Program-made: the position numbers and the translations under genes
Shown here: in pieces, positions 9,395-17,120 of the stretch
How positions within the stretch are numbered: position 1 is the first letter of the stretch
Layout: every line of letters begins with the position of its first letter
Notes under the pieces: model-generated
Databases searched by the model: none
Seen by the model: only the letters and a program-made list of their open reading frames with translations
Told to the model about the DNA's origin: nothing
Assembly (NCBI GenBank): GCA_964389305.1
Contig: CAYMEK010000018.1
Coordinates: 22,203 to 66,804 of the forward strand
Length of the DNA: 44,602 nucleotides
From: an uncultured Spirochaetaceae bacterium
GTDB lineage: Bacteria; Spirochaetota; Spirochaetia; SZUA-6; DRHE01
Direction: 5' to 3'

Positions 9395-10558
9395 ATGGTT
9401 GTGCTAAAACCGGAGCGGGTGGAAGCGATCCGGGCCCGGCGCCATCCCTGGATCTACAGCGCAGCGGTATTGGAGGCCGGCGAGGAAGCGCAGAACGGCG
9501 AGCTGGTTCCGGTGGGCGGCCGCCGGGGAGAGATCTTGGGCTGGGGTTTCTACTCCTCCGGCAGCCTGATCGCCGTGAGGATGCTGAGCTTCGGCGGCGG
9601 GCCTCCGGAGGCGGACTGGTTGGAAAGGAGGCTGGCGGCGGCTTTGGAGCTGCGCCGCGGCTTGGATATTCAGGCCAGTGGATATCGGCTGGTCAACGCC
9701 GAAGGCGACCGGCTGCCCGGGCTGATCGTGGACGTGTACGACCGCACGGTGGTGGTGCGCCCGCTGATCCGCGGGGCGGAAAAGCTGCTCGATCGACTCC
9801 TATCCGCGCTGCTGGACCTGCTTCCCGGCTGCGCCGTGTACCTAAAGAGAGAGGAGCGGGCCAGCCGGATCGAAGGCCTGACCGTGAAAAACGGCTATCT
9901 GGCCGGCAGCGGCGGGGGCAGGGAGGTCGTCGCGGAGCAGGGCACCCGCTTAGTCGTCGACATCGAGAGAGGCCAGAAAACAGGCTTTTATCTAGATCAG
10001 AGGGACAACAGACTGCTGGTCCGCCGGCTGGCGGCGGGGCGTTCCCTGCTCGACTTGTTCGCCTACACCGGCGCGTTCTCCCTGCAGGCCGCCGCCGGGG
10101 GGGCGGACAGGGTAGTAGCGGTGGAGAGCTCCCGGCCGGCCGGGGATGTCTTTCACGAGTCCCTGGCCTTGAACCCACTGCTCCCGCCGGAGCGCCTGAG
10201 CTGGATCGAGGAGGATGTCTTCGCCTTTCTCGAGCGCTGCGACCGCTTCGAGCTGATCGTAGTGGACCCGCCTCCCTTCGCCCGCAGGAAGTCGGAGCTC
10301 CCCGGAGCCCTGAGAGGATACACGCGTCTGAACCGGCTGGCCATGGACAGGGTCGAGTCCGGCGGTCTGCTGCTGAGTTTCTGCTGTTCGGGAGCGGTGT
10401 CGAGAAGCGACTTCCTCACGGTCCTGCGGGAGGCTTCCCGGCAGGCAGACAGGGAGGTTCAGCTTCTGCAAGAGCTGCATGCCGCGCCCGATCATCCGGT
10501 CGCTGCCGTCCATCCGGAGGGGGAGTACCTGCGAGGCTGGCTGCTGCGGCTCTCGTAG
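9395..10558 (+). CDS. rlmI: 23S rRNA (cytosine-C5) methyltransferase RlmI (PUA domain plus class I SAM methyltransferase)
   Basis: It is collinear with E. coli RlmI/YccW, whose sequence I recalled from memory. Matching blocks include RRHPWIYS, SGYRLVNAEGDRLPGLIVDVY, KTGFYLDQRDNR, LLDLFAYTGAFSL, VVAVESS, ELIVVDPPPFAR and the C-terminal DHPVAAVHPEGEYLRGW. Confidence 0.85.
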   Translation: MVVLKPERVEAIRARRHPWIYSAAVLEAGEEAQNGELVPVGGRRGEILGWGFYSSGSLIAVRMLSFGGGPPEADWLERRLAAALELRRGLDIQASGYRLVNAEGDRLPGLIVDVYDRTVVVRPLIRGAEKLLDRLLSALLDLLPGCAVYLKREERASRIEGLTVKNGYLAGSGGGREVVAEQGTRLVVDIERGQKTGFYLDQRDNRLLVRRLAAGRSLLDLFAYTGAFSLQAAAGGADRVVAVESSRPAGDVFHESLALNPLLPPERLSWIEEDVFAFLERCDRFELIVVDPPPFARRKSELPGALRGYTRLNRLAMDRVESGGLLLSFCCSGAVSRSDFLTVLREASRQADREVQLLQELHAAPDHPVAAVHPEGEYLRGWLLRLS

Positions 10559-10676
10559 CCGGGCACCGTGCTGCAGAGCAGCCGGGCGGTGTGCCTGGAG
10601 CGGCCGGGAAGAGCCGGAGGCGTTGCCGGCCGCCGTTCAAGCTGCCACAGGCCAGGGTGCGGGTAATTCCAAAGGC

Positions 10677-10718
10677 GAAGAAAAAAAGGGCTGTTCCGGA
10701 TTCCTATCCGGAACAGCC
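10677..10718 (-). terminator. Rho-independent terminator for hsp20: a 12-bp perfect stem (GGCTGTTCCGGA / TCCGGAACAGCC) with a 6-nt loop, followed by a U-run on the minus-strand transcript
   Basis: A perfect inverted repeat lies at 10689-10700 / 10707-10718. It is flanked at 10677-10688 by gaagaaaaaaag, which reads as a T-run in the minus orientation. It sits just downstream of the hsp20 stop at 10761. Confidence 0.65.
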
Positions 10719-10760
10719 TTCGCATGCTGTCGCTTGAACCAAGATCGTTCTTTAAGTCTC

Positions 10761-11183
10761 TTAGTTGCTCTTTACGTCGATCTTGCGAGGCTTGGCCTCG
10801 GGCTTCTTCGGGATGCTTACAACCAGCAACCCGTTCTTGAACTCGGCCCCGATCTTGTCGCGCTCGGAGTCACTCGGGAGCACGAAGGTCCGTGCGAACT
10901 CCAGCTTCCGTCTCTCGCGAATCAGGTATCCGTCGCCCTTGTCTTCCTTTTTCTCGTCTTTCCTGGAGGAGAGGGTTAGAATGTTATCCTCCACCTTCAG
11001 CTCGATGTCCTGGTCGCTGAGTCCCGGCAGCTCTACCTCCATCCGATACCCGTCGTCCTGTTCCCGAACATCCACGGCGGGACAGTTCGTATTCCAGGCC
11101 GGAGTATCTTCGAAGAAGCTGTCCAGAAGCCCGTTCCAGTCGAACAGCCCGCTGGGTTTTGTGTATCGAACAAGTCCTCTCAT
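10761..11183 (-). CDS. Small heat-shock protein, Hsp20/alpha-crystallin family
   Basis: 140 aa. The alpha-crystallin domain signature is present: AVDVREQDDGYRMEVELPGL ... FARTFVLP ... AEFKNGLLVVSIPK. Confidence 0.9.
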   Translation of the reverse strand: MRGLVRYTKPSGLFDWNGLLDSFFEDTPAWNTNCPAVDVREQDDGYRMEVELPGLSDQDIELKVEDNILTLSSRKDEKKEDKGDGYLIRERRKLEFARTFVLPSDSERDKIGAEFKNGLLVVSIPKKPEAKPRKIDVKSN

Positions 11184-11220
11184 CGTGAACCTCCTCGTTC
11201 TATTGATGTCAATGAGAATA

Positions 11221-11238
11221 TTGCATATTCCATGCCAA
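11221..11238 (-). promoter_or_regulatory. Sigma-54 (RpoN) -24/-12 promoter-like element upstream of hsp20: TGGCATG-gaat-ATGCA on the minus strand
   Basis: It matches TGGCACG-N4-TTGCW with the GG and GC dinucleotides at exactly the consensus spacing. It lies about 37 nt upstream of the hsp20 ATG (RBS GAGGAGG). An AT-rich tract that could bend DNA (IHF-like) follows further upstream at 11250-11290. Confidence 0.4.
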
Positions 11239-11395
11239 ACTTAAGAATCTATTTAATTATATATAATATAAGTATTTAATTAAAACACCCCTGCTGCGGA
11301 CAGAGCTGCGGTAATGCCCGAGCGAGTCATTTTAACACATTGGGTCATATATGCCGGCGAATCGAGTCAAAATGATACAAATAATCGCGGAAGAA

Positions 11396-11890
11396 CTACG
11401 GGAACAGGGACTTGATGGCTTGAATCGCCTCTGAGGGGCTTTGCACCTCACGAACGAACAGGCCGCGGCCCCTGTTTTGTTCAGGGTCGAGCCGCCAGGA
11501 CTGCAGGCCGATCACGGGAATCCCGGCGGCATTGGCCAGGGCGATCTCGGACAGGGTTCCGTAGGCCCCGGATACAGCCACCGCCGCCTGGCTGCTCTTG
11601 ACCACCAGCACGTTGCGGGCCTCTCCCATTCCGGTAACCACGGAATAGCTCAGGTAAGGATTGGCTTCGGCCCTGGTGTTGCCGGGCAAGATACCGAGAG
11701 TTACGCCTCCCTTGGAGCGCGCGCCACGGCAGGCCTGTTCCATTACTCCGCCCAGGCCGCCGCAGACCAGGGTCCAGCCCTCCGCGGCGATCAGCCCGCC
11801 CAACTCGTAGGCCAGAGAAGCGGCCGCCCGATCGCAGCGGCCGGACCCGATCACCCCGACATACAATGCGCCTGCCGCCTCTCCAGGCAT
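11396..11890 (-). CDS. TIGR00725-family (LOG/SLOG-like Rossmann fold) protein
   Basis: 164 aa. The pattern is VIGSG ... LVCGGLGGVMEQA ... GILP ... VVTGMGEARN ... AVAVSGAYGTLSEIALA, which matches the LOG-like PGGxGTxxE core. Confidence 0.7.
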   Translation of the reverse strand: MPGEAAGALYVGVIGSGRCDRAAASLAYELGGLIAAEGWTLVCGGLGGVMEQACRGARSKGGVTLGILPGNTRAEANPYLSYSVVTGMGEARNVLVVKSSQAAVAVSGAYGTLSEIALANAAGIPVIGLQSWRLDPEQNRGRGLFVREVQSPSEAIQAIKSLFP

Positions 11891-11902
11891 TGCGCACCTC
11901 CC

Positions 11903-12964
11903 TCAGCCGGGACCCCGGCCGAGACCTTCGGCCACCAGGTCTCCGACCTCGGCGGTCGAGAAGCCCATCCGGCCGGCGTTCATGCTCTTCAGCCTCGAGA
12001 TGGTTTTGACCACCGAGCGCTCGACCGCTTCGGCCGCCAGCGCTTCACCCAGAGCCTGGAGCATCATGTGCCCGGCCAGGATGGCGGCGATGGGATTGAT
12101 AATGCCTTTACCCGCATATTTGGGCGCCGAGCCGCCGATAGGCTCGAACATCGATACCCCGTCCGGGTTGATGTTCGCTCCGGCGGCCACACCCATGCCG
12201 CCCTGGATCATGGCCCCGAGATCCGTGATGATGTCCCCGAACATATTGGTGGTAACGATGACGTCGAACCATTCCGGGTTCTTGACCATCCACATGGTAG
12301 TCGCGTCTACGTGGGCGTAGTCAGCCTGGATATCGGGATACTCTCTGCCCACCTCGGTAAACACCCTCATCCACAGGTCATGCGCGTACGTCAACACGTT
12401 GGTCTTGGCGCAGAGAGTAAGCTTCTTGCTGCGGCCGTGCTTGCGCGTGTACTCGAAGGCGTAGCGGATGCAGCGCTCCACCCCCCTGCGGGTATTGATC
12501 ATCTCCTGGACAGCCACTTCGTCGGCGGTGCCCTTCCTCAGAAAGCCGCCTATTCCGGCGTACAGGCCCTCGGTATTTTCCCGCACCACCACGAAGTCGA
12601 TGTCTTCGGGGCGCTTGCCGGCCAGGGGGGTCTCTACGTTCGGATACAGCTTGACCGGACGGAGGTTGATGTACTGGTCCAGGCCGAAACGCAAGGCGAG
12701 CAGGACCCCCTGCTCCAGGATCCCCGGTTTTACCTCCGGGTGCCCGATCGCCCCCATATAGATGGCGTCGTACTTGCGCAACTCCTCGAGGGCGTTCGGG
12801 GGCAGCGCCTCCCCGGTTTTCAGGTAGCGCTCGCCGCCATAGTCCAGCTCCGTGAACTCGAAGCGGATATCGAAGAGCTTACCAGCCGCGCTGAGAACTT
12901 TCAGTCCCTCTCGAACGACCTCCGGCCCGGTGCCGTCTCCTGGGATCACAGCTATTCTATACAT
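11903..12964 (-). CDS. Tartrate dehydrogenase/decarboxylase- or 3-isopropylmalate dehydrogenase-like enzyme (isocitrate/isopropylmalate dehydrogenase superfamily)
   Basis: 353 aa. The N-terminus is MYRIAVIPGDGTGPEV. Further blocks VVRENTEGLYAG, TNMFGDIITDLGA and EPIGGSAPKYAGKGIINPIA are collinear with TtuC/LeuB-type enzymes, recalled from memory. Confidence 0.85.
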   Translation of the reverse strand: MYRIAVIPGDGTGPEVVREGLKVLSAAGKLFDIRFEFTELDYGGERYLKTGEALPPNALEELRKYDAIYMGAIGHPEVKPGILEQGVLLALRFGLDQYINLRPVKLYPNVETPLAGKRPEDIDFVVVRENTEGLYAGIGGFLRKGTADEVAVQEMINTRRGVERCIRYAFEYTRKHGRSKKLTLCAKTNVLTYAHDLWMRVFTEVGREYPDIQADYAHVDATTMWMVKNPEWFDVIVTTNMFGDIITDLGAMIQGGMGVAAGANINPDGVSMFEPIGGSAPKYAGKGIINPIAAILAGHMMLQALGEALAAEAVERSVVKTISRLKSMNAGRMGFSTAEVGDLVAEGLGRGPG

Positions 12965-12999
12965 GGTCCCAGCAGATTAGCCGGCCAGGCCTCCTCCTG

Positions 13000-13764
13000 T
13001 CAAGAAAAGGGAAGAGATGGCGGCGGCCGGCGGCTTTCACGCCCGCCCGGCTGCAGCCAGGCGGCGGTGCCGGGTCGCAGCCAGGCCCGGCTGCGCCTGA
13101 CGTTGTACCTCCTGACCAGCCTGTGAAGCGCCTGCGGTGAGCGCTGCAGACACGCGGAGGTCCAACGGGAGTAGCGGTCGAGCAGCTCGCTGGCAGGAAG
13201 CACGACCAGGCGTGGAGCCGCGAAAAAAGACCATCTTCCCGGATACAGGGCGAACGCCGCCTGGATAATGTCGTTCGACAGAACCCGCTTCAGGTAGCCG
13301 AAGCACCTCCGCCCGGGCAGCTTCTCCTGTAGAAACGTAAAACCGATACGCCGTTTGCCGCGCTGCACGACCAGCTCGACCTGGCCGACCCCGTAGCCGC
13401 CAAAGTACCAGGTGCTGCCGGGCGGGTTGCGGCTGGACTCTTTCCTGCAGACGGCCCGCAGCAGGTTCGATTCTGCCGCCGGCGAGCCCGACAGGGCGTT
13501 TAGGTACAGCTTCGGCGTCTTTCTTGCCCGTAACGCACCGGCGGCCGGCAGGGGAGGAAGAAGCCAGAGCAGGCCGGCCTCTTCCAGCTCGGCGATCCGG
13601 CTGCGCACGACCCGGCCGGAGACGGCGAGACGCTTGCCGACAGCCGCGACGCTCAACGGCCGTCCGTGCCACTCGGCCAGCGCCGCCAGGGTGGTTTCAA
13701 TATGGTCGCTTCTCAAGGTCGGGCCTCCGATTCGAATCGTTCCCGGAGGAGGGGTACCGCTCAT
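13000..13764 (-). pseudogene. Remnant of a DUF4143-family AAA+ ATPase (COG1373). Only the C-terminal winged-HTH plus PD-(D/E)xK-like part is present, and the N-terminal ATPase domain is missing.
   Basis: The sequence shows LSVAAVGKRLAVSGRVVRSRIAELEEAGLLWLLPP (HTH), then KTPKLYLNALS and YFGGYGVGQVELVV (equivalent to YFWRTxxGxEVDFV). These are collinear with the C-terminal half of the family, as I recall it. No Walker A/B is present. The 5' side is intergenic and the C-terminal tail is Arg-rich and unconserved. Confidence 0.4.
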
Positions 13765-13970
13765 GGTTGCGTTCCTGACGGCTTCAGACGCTCATTGTTA
13801 AAAACGCCAAAACCGGCGCTTTCGCTTCAGATTTTCCGGAGGTTATACCTATCGTCTCAAAGCGTAGCAGGGCACAATCCTACGCAGAATGAGGTCACAA
13901 ATAACCACCAATATCAGAGGATGGTCTGCGGGTAGACCGGATTCTTCTCCGTTTCCTCGTTCCAGGCGAG

Positions 13971-14013
13971 GACGGGCCGTGTCTTGACATGCGCCCGTCC
14001 GTTCTGTTGAATA
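13971..14013 (+). promoter_or_regulatory. Weak sigma-70-like promoter (TTGACA 13985-13990, N16, TTGAAT) embedded in a 7-bp inverted repeat (GACGGGC ... GCCCGTC) upstream of the YidC-LtaS-like gene
   Basis: The inverted repeat at 13971-13977 / 13993-13999 brackets the -35 hexamer. The -10 match is poor, so confidence is low. Confidence 0.25.
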
Positions 14014-14068
14014 CTTAGGACAAAATCCAGGTAGCCGTTGCTATCGACTATCTCGCACAGGACATCAC

Positions 14069-16972
14069 ATGAAGGTTCTATACACCGTATTCATCAAGCC
14101 GATAGAGTTATTCCTCGTTCTTGTTTTCGAGAACCTCGTGAATGCTGGCGCAGGTTATGGCCCGGCGCTTTTACTGTTGAGCCTCGTAGTTACGATCGTT
14201 ACGGCTCCCCTGTACTACCTCGCTGAAAAGTGGAGGTCTCAGGAAGAGGCCGTCCAGAGGCGGATGGCGAAGGATGTCGCGAGCATAAGGGCTCACTACA
14301 ACGGGCAAAAGCGGTTTTATCTTCTCAGGAACGCCCATCGCCTTTACGGGTACGGGCCGATCTCCCCCCTGCGCGCTTCCATGGGCCTCATTATCCAGAT
14401 CCCGTTCTTTCTCGCCCCCTACCTGTATCTATCGCGCTATACCGGATATGCCGGAACATCTTTTTTGTTCCTGAAAGACCTTGCGCGTCCGGACGGCCTG
14501 CTCTGGGGGGCCAACCTCCTGCCCTTCGTCATGACCGTGGTCAATGTGGCCGCTTCCCTGCTCTATGCGCGCGGCAGGTCGGCCAGGGGAACCCTTCAAC
14601 TCCTGGCCCTTGCGGGCTTTTTTCTTGTGGTCCTCTACGACAGGCCGTCCGGCCTGCTCCTGTACTGGACCATGAACAACCTCCTCTCGATCCCGAAAAA
14701 CGCGGTCCTGGCAAGAATGCTGCCGTCCCCGCGGGGGGCCGCCGAGGAGGTCGGGGATTCGGGGGCGCAAGAGTCGGTTTGGAACCTGATACGGAAATAC
14801 CTGGAACCCGCCAAGGGACCCCTGCTCGTCTTTCTGCTCTTCGGTATCCAGGTCTACTGGCAGCTGTATTTCGACCGCAGCTTCAAATACGCCATCGCGG
14901 CCACGGCGGCAGCCGGTCTTATCCTGTCGTGCGTCCTTGTCCTGCGCCGCATCCGTCGCGGACCGCCGCCCTCGAAAGCGGCCTTGATCGCCCTGGCGGC
15001 GCAGTGGGCCCTTTTCGGTTTCGCGGCGTACCTGCTTGTATTCGCCCGTATTCAAAACGCGTATATCTCCAATACGAACATCAAGCTGCTGACGGTGTTG
15101 ATTCAGGATGTGATCATAGGCACTTCCCTTATGGGTCTCCTGGCGCGGAGAGCGGCGCCGGAGAAGGAAGTCGAGATCCTTCACCGCACGAGGCTCTTTA
15201 TTTTTGCTTTCGCCTTCCTTCTGTTGTATCTGTTCGTCATATCGCCCGCCCTGATCTATTTCTCTTCTCCTCGAGACATCGGTATGGGTTTGGGGGAGCT
15301 GCTCCTGCGCAACTCTTTGGCGGCGGTGCTGCTCTTTGTACCAGGCCTCGCCGTTTTCCGCCTGGCGGGCGTCCGCGGGCGTCCGCGGGCGGTCTGGGTC
15401 GTCGTGGCCGTCATCCTGGTCGTCCTTGTCTTCAACTACATCATCCCCGGAGACTACGGGACCCTGGACGAGCTGCACCTGGAAAAGGACTATCTGCTCG
15501 AGAGTCCGCGGATCCCGGCGATCCTTCTGGATCTGGTCGTGATTGCCGCATCCTGCGCGGTGGCCTGGGTCATCGTGAGGAAGCGGGCAGCCATTGTCGT
15601 GCCATGCCTCGTGGCGTTCACGGCCGCCTTCACCGTTCAGACCGCCGTCGCCTCTTTCAGGACGGAGTGGAAGGTTGAAGACGCCGCACCGTCTCATCAG
15701 GAGGCCAGCCTGCCTGCGGAAAGTAGGGACGTCCACAGGTTCTCAACGAGCAAGGCAAACATCATCTTCGTGATCGCGGATATGTTCAACGGCAACTACA
15801 TCGGCAAGCTGGTGCGGGAAAACCCGGAATACCGCGATGCCCTGGACGGCTTTACCTGGTACCCGAATACGCTTTCGATCTCCTCCACCACGGTGACCTC
15901 CATGCCGGCGATGCTGGCGGGGCCCGCGTACTTTCCGCAAGCCATGAATCGGATGCCAGGAAAGGGGCGCGAAAAGTACGAAGGGGCGGTGCGCGAGTTC
16001 TTTGAAGCGATGCTCGCGAGCGGGCTGGACGTATCGACGGTGGACCTGACGTACACGGATCCGACCGCGCTTTTCGGGCGGCACAGCGGGCGGCTGCGGA
16101 CGAGCTCGTCCAGCGCCTATGTGGGTTACTGGAAAAAGCGCACCGGCTACGACGCAGGCGAGGAGGTGGATTCGGGAAAGAACAGGCTCCTCGTGATGGT
16201 GGCGTTGTTCCAGTCCGCTCCCGTCATGGTGAAGACCGCGATTTACGACGCGGGAAGCTGGCTTATTTTCAGAAAGTCCTACCAGATCCGCAAGATGGCC
16301 AGAAACGCCGTAAAGACCTATGCCTACCTGGACCTGCTTCCCGAGCTGTCTTCCACGGCGGACACGGCGGGCACGTTCAAGCTCATCGACACGCAATTCA
16401 CGCACGAACCTTTCGGCGTGAACCGCCAAGGCTCCATCATCAGGGACGAGTTCCCCGATCCGGAGTCCGGGACCAGGAGTTTCGTGGACGGGCGCGGCGC
16501 CTACAATACGGCGAAGAAGATGGTCGATTTTCTGCTCGACTGGACCGATTGGATGAAGGCAAACGGCGTCTATGACAACACGTTCATCGTCGTGGCGTCG
16601 GACCACGGCAACAACGCGCAGGACAGCGGCTTGTCCCTTCCTCCCGGCCTGGATAATCCGCTCAATCGGTGGGAGATCTCCAAAGCGTACCCCCTGCTCT
16701 TGATCAAGAGGTTCGGGGCCTCGGGGCAGCTCCGGGTGGACGAGAGGTTCCTCAGCAACGCCGACACGGCCCGGATTATCCACGCCGCTGCGGGGGTGAA
16801 AGGCGCCCTGGGTTCGGATCCGACCGTGGGAACGCCGGAAACCGGCAGGACGCTCACCTACAGCAGATACTACGGTAAATGGGACGATTTCATGAAAAAC
16901 GATCGGGCTACATTGAGCACCTATACCGTGAAGGATGACCTGCGCGTAAGCGGCAATTGGAGCAAGGAGTGA
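14069..16972 (+). CDS. Multidomain membrane protein: an N-terminal YidC/Oxa1-family insertase domain, a polytopic transmembrane region, and a C-terminal LtaS/EptA/MdoB-like sulfatase-family (alkaline phosphatase superfamily) phosphotransferase ectodomain
   Basis: 967 aa. Residues 1-215 match the three YidC core blocks of B. subtilis SpoIIIJ, recalled from memory: GYGPALLLLSLVVTIVTAPL, GYGPISPLRASMGLIIQIPFFLAPY and PSGLLLYWTMNNLLSIP. Seven or more further transmembrane helices follow. From about residue 545 the sequence carries sulfatase-fold motifs: NIIFVIADMFNG, NTLSISSTTVTSMPAMLAG (the nucleophile region) and FIVVASDHGNNA. Confidence 0.8.
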   Translation: MKVLYTVFIKPIELFLVLVFENLVNAGAGYGPALLLLSLVVTIVTAPLYYLAEKWRSQEEAVQRRMAKDVASIRAHYNGQKRFYLLRNAHRLYGYGPISPLRASMGLIIQIPFFLAPYLYLSRYTGYAGTSFLFLKDLARPDGLLWGANLLPFVMTVVNVAASLLYARGRSARGTLQLLALAGFFLVVLYDRPSGLLLYWTMNNLLSIPKNAVLARMLPSPRGAAEEVGDSGAQESVWNLIRKYLEPAKGPLLVFLLFGIQVYWQLYFDRSFKYAIAATAAAGLILSCVLVLRRIRRGPPPSKAALIALAAQWALFGFAAYLLVFARIQNAYISNTNIKLLTVLIQDVIIGTSLMGLLARRAAPEKEVEILHRTRLFIFAFAFLLLYLFVISPALIYFSSPRDIGMGLGELLLRNSLAAVLLFVPGLAVFRLAGVRGRPRAVWVVVAVILVVLVFNYIIPGDYGTLDELHLEKDYLLESPRIPAILLDLVVIAASCAVAWVIVRKRAAIVVPCLVAFTAAFTVQTAVASFRTEWKVEDAAPSHQEASLPAESRDVHRFSTSKANIIFVIADMFNGNYIGKLVRENPEYRDALDGFTWYPNTLSISSTTVTSMPAMLAGPAYFPQAMNRMPGKGREKYEGAVREFFEAMLASGLDVSTVDLTYTDPTALFGRHSGRLRTSSSSAYVGYWKKRTGYDAGEEVDSGKNRLLVMVALFQSAPVMVKTAIYDAGSWLIFRKSYQIRKMARNAVKTYAYLDLLPELSSTADTAGTFKLIDTQFTHEPFGVNRQGSIIRDEFPDPESGTRSFVDGRGAYNTAKKMVDFLLDWTDWMKANGVYDNTFIVVASDHGNNAQDSGLSLPPGLDNPLNRWEISKAYPLLLIKRFGASGQLRVDERFLSNADTARIIHAAAGVKGALGSDPTVGTPETGRTLTYSRYYGKWDDFMKNDRATLSTYTVKDDLRVSGNWSKE
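15365..15394 (+). repeat. Tandem 10-bp direct repeat (GGGCGTCCGC, two perfect copies plus a partial third) inside the YidC-LtaS-like CDS
   Basis: The sequence is ggcgggcgtccgcgggcgtccgcgggcggtc, which encodes AGVRGRPRAV. The unit length is not a multiple of 3. Confidence 0.6.
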
Positions 16973-17120
16973 GCCTGGGACTTCGGTAGGCGGGGGTCCT
17001 TCCTATCCCGGGGCCATTGCGGGCGGAGCCGCGGTCTGCTATACTGGCATCTAAATCGACGGGGGGAGGGGAACGATAGCCCTTAACGATTCAACGGGGC
17101 CGGCCGTAGACGCAGCAGAT

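Noticed and set aside
11201-11215. CIRCE (HrcA) or HAIR (HspR) heat-shock operator upstream of hsp20
   Set aside because: No TTAGCACTC-N9-GAGTGCTAA or CTTGAGT-N7-ACTCAAG inverted repeat is present. Only a short TTGA-tg-TCAA dyad is seen.
11441-13126. 561-aa plus-strand ORF spanning the LOG-like and tartrate/IPM dehydrogenase loci
   Set aside because: The minus strand encodes two proteins with strong family signatures (MYRIAVIPGDGTGPEV and others). The plus-strand ORF is a typical GC-skew artifact.
14230-15736. ORFs at 14230-15678 (+, 482 aa), 14429-15736 (-, 435 aa) and 15743-16783 (-, 346 aa) overlapping the YidC-LtaS-like gene
   Set aside because: They are in alternative frames or antisense to a continuous 967-aa ORF with YidC and sulfatase motifs. 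Their translations are Arg/Pro/Gly-rich low-complexity.
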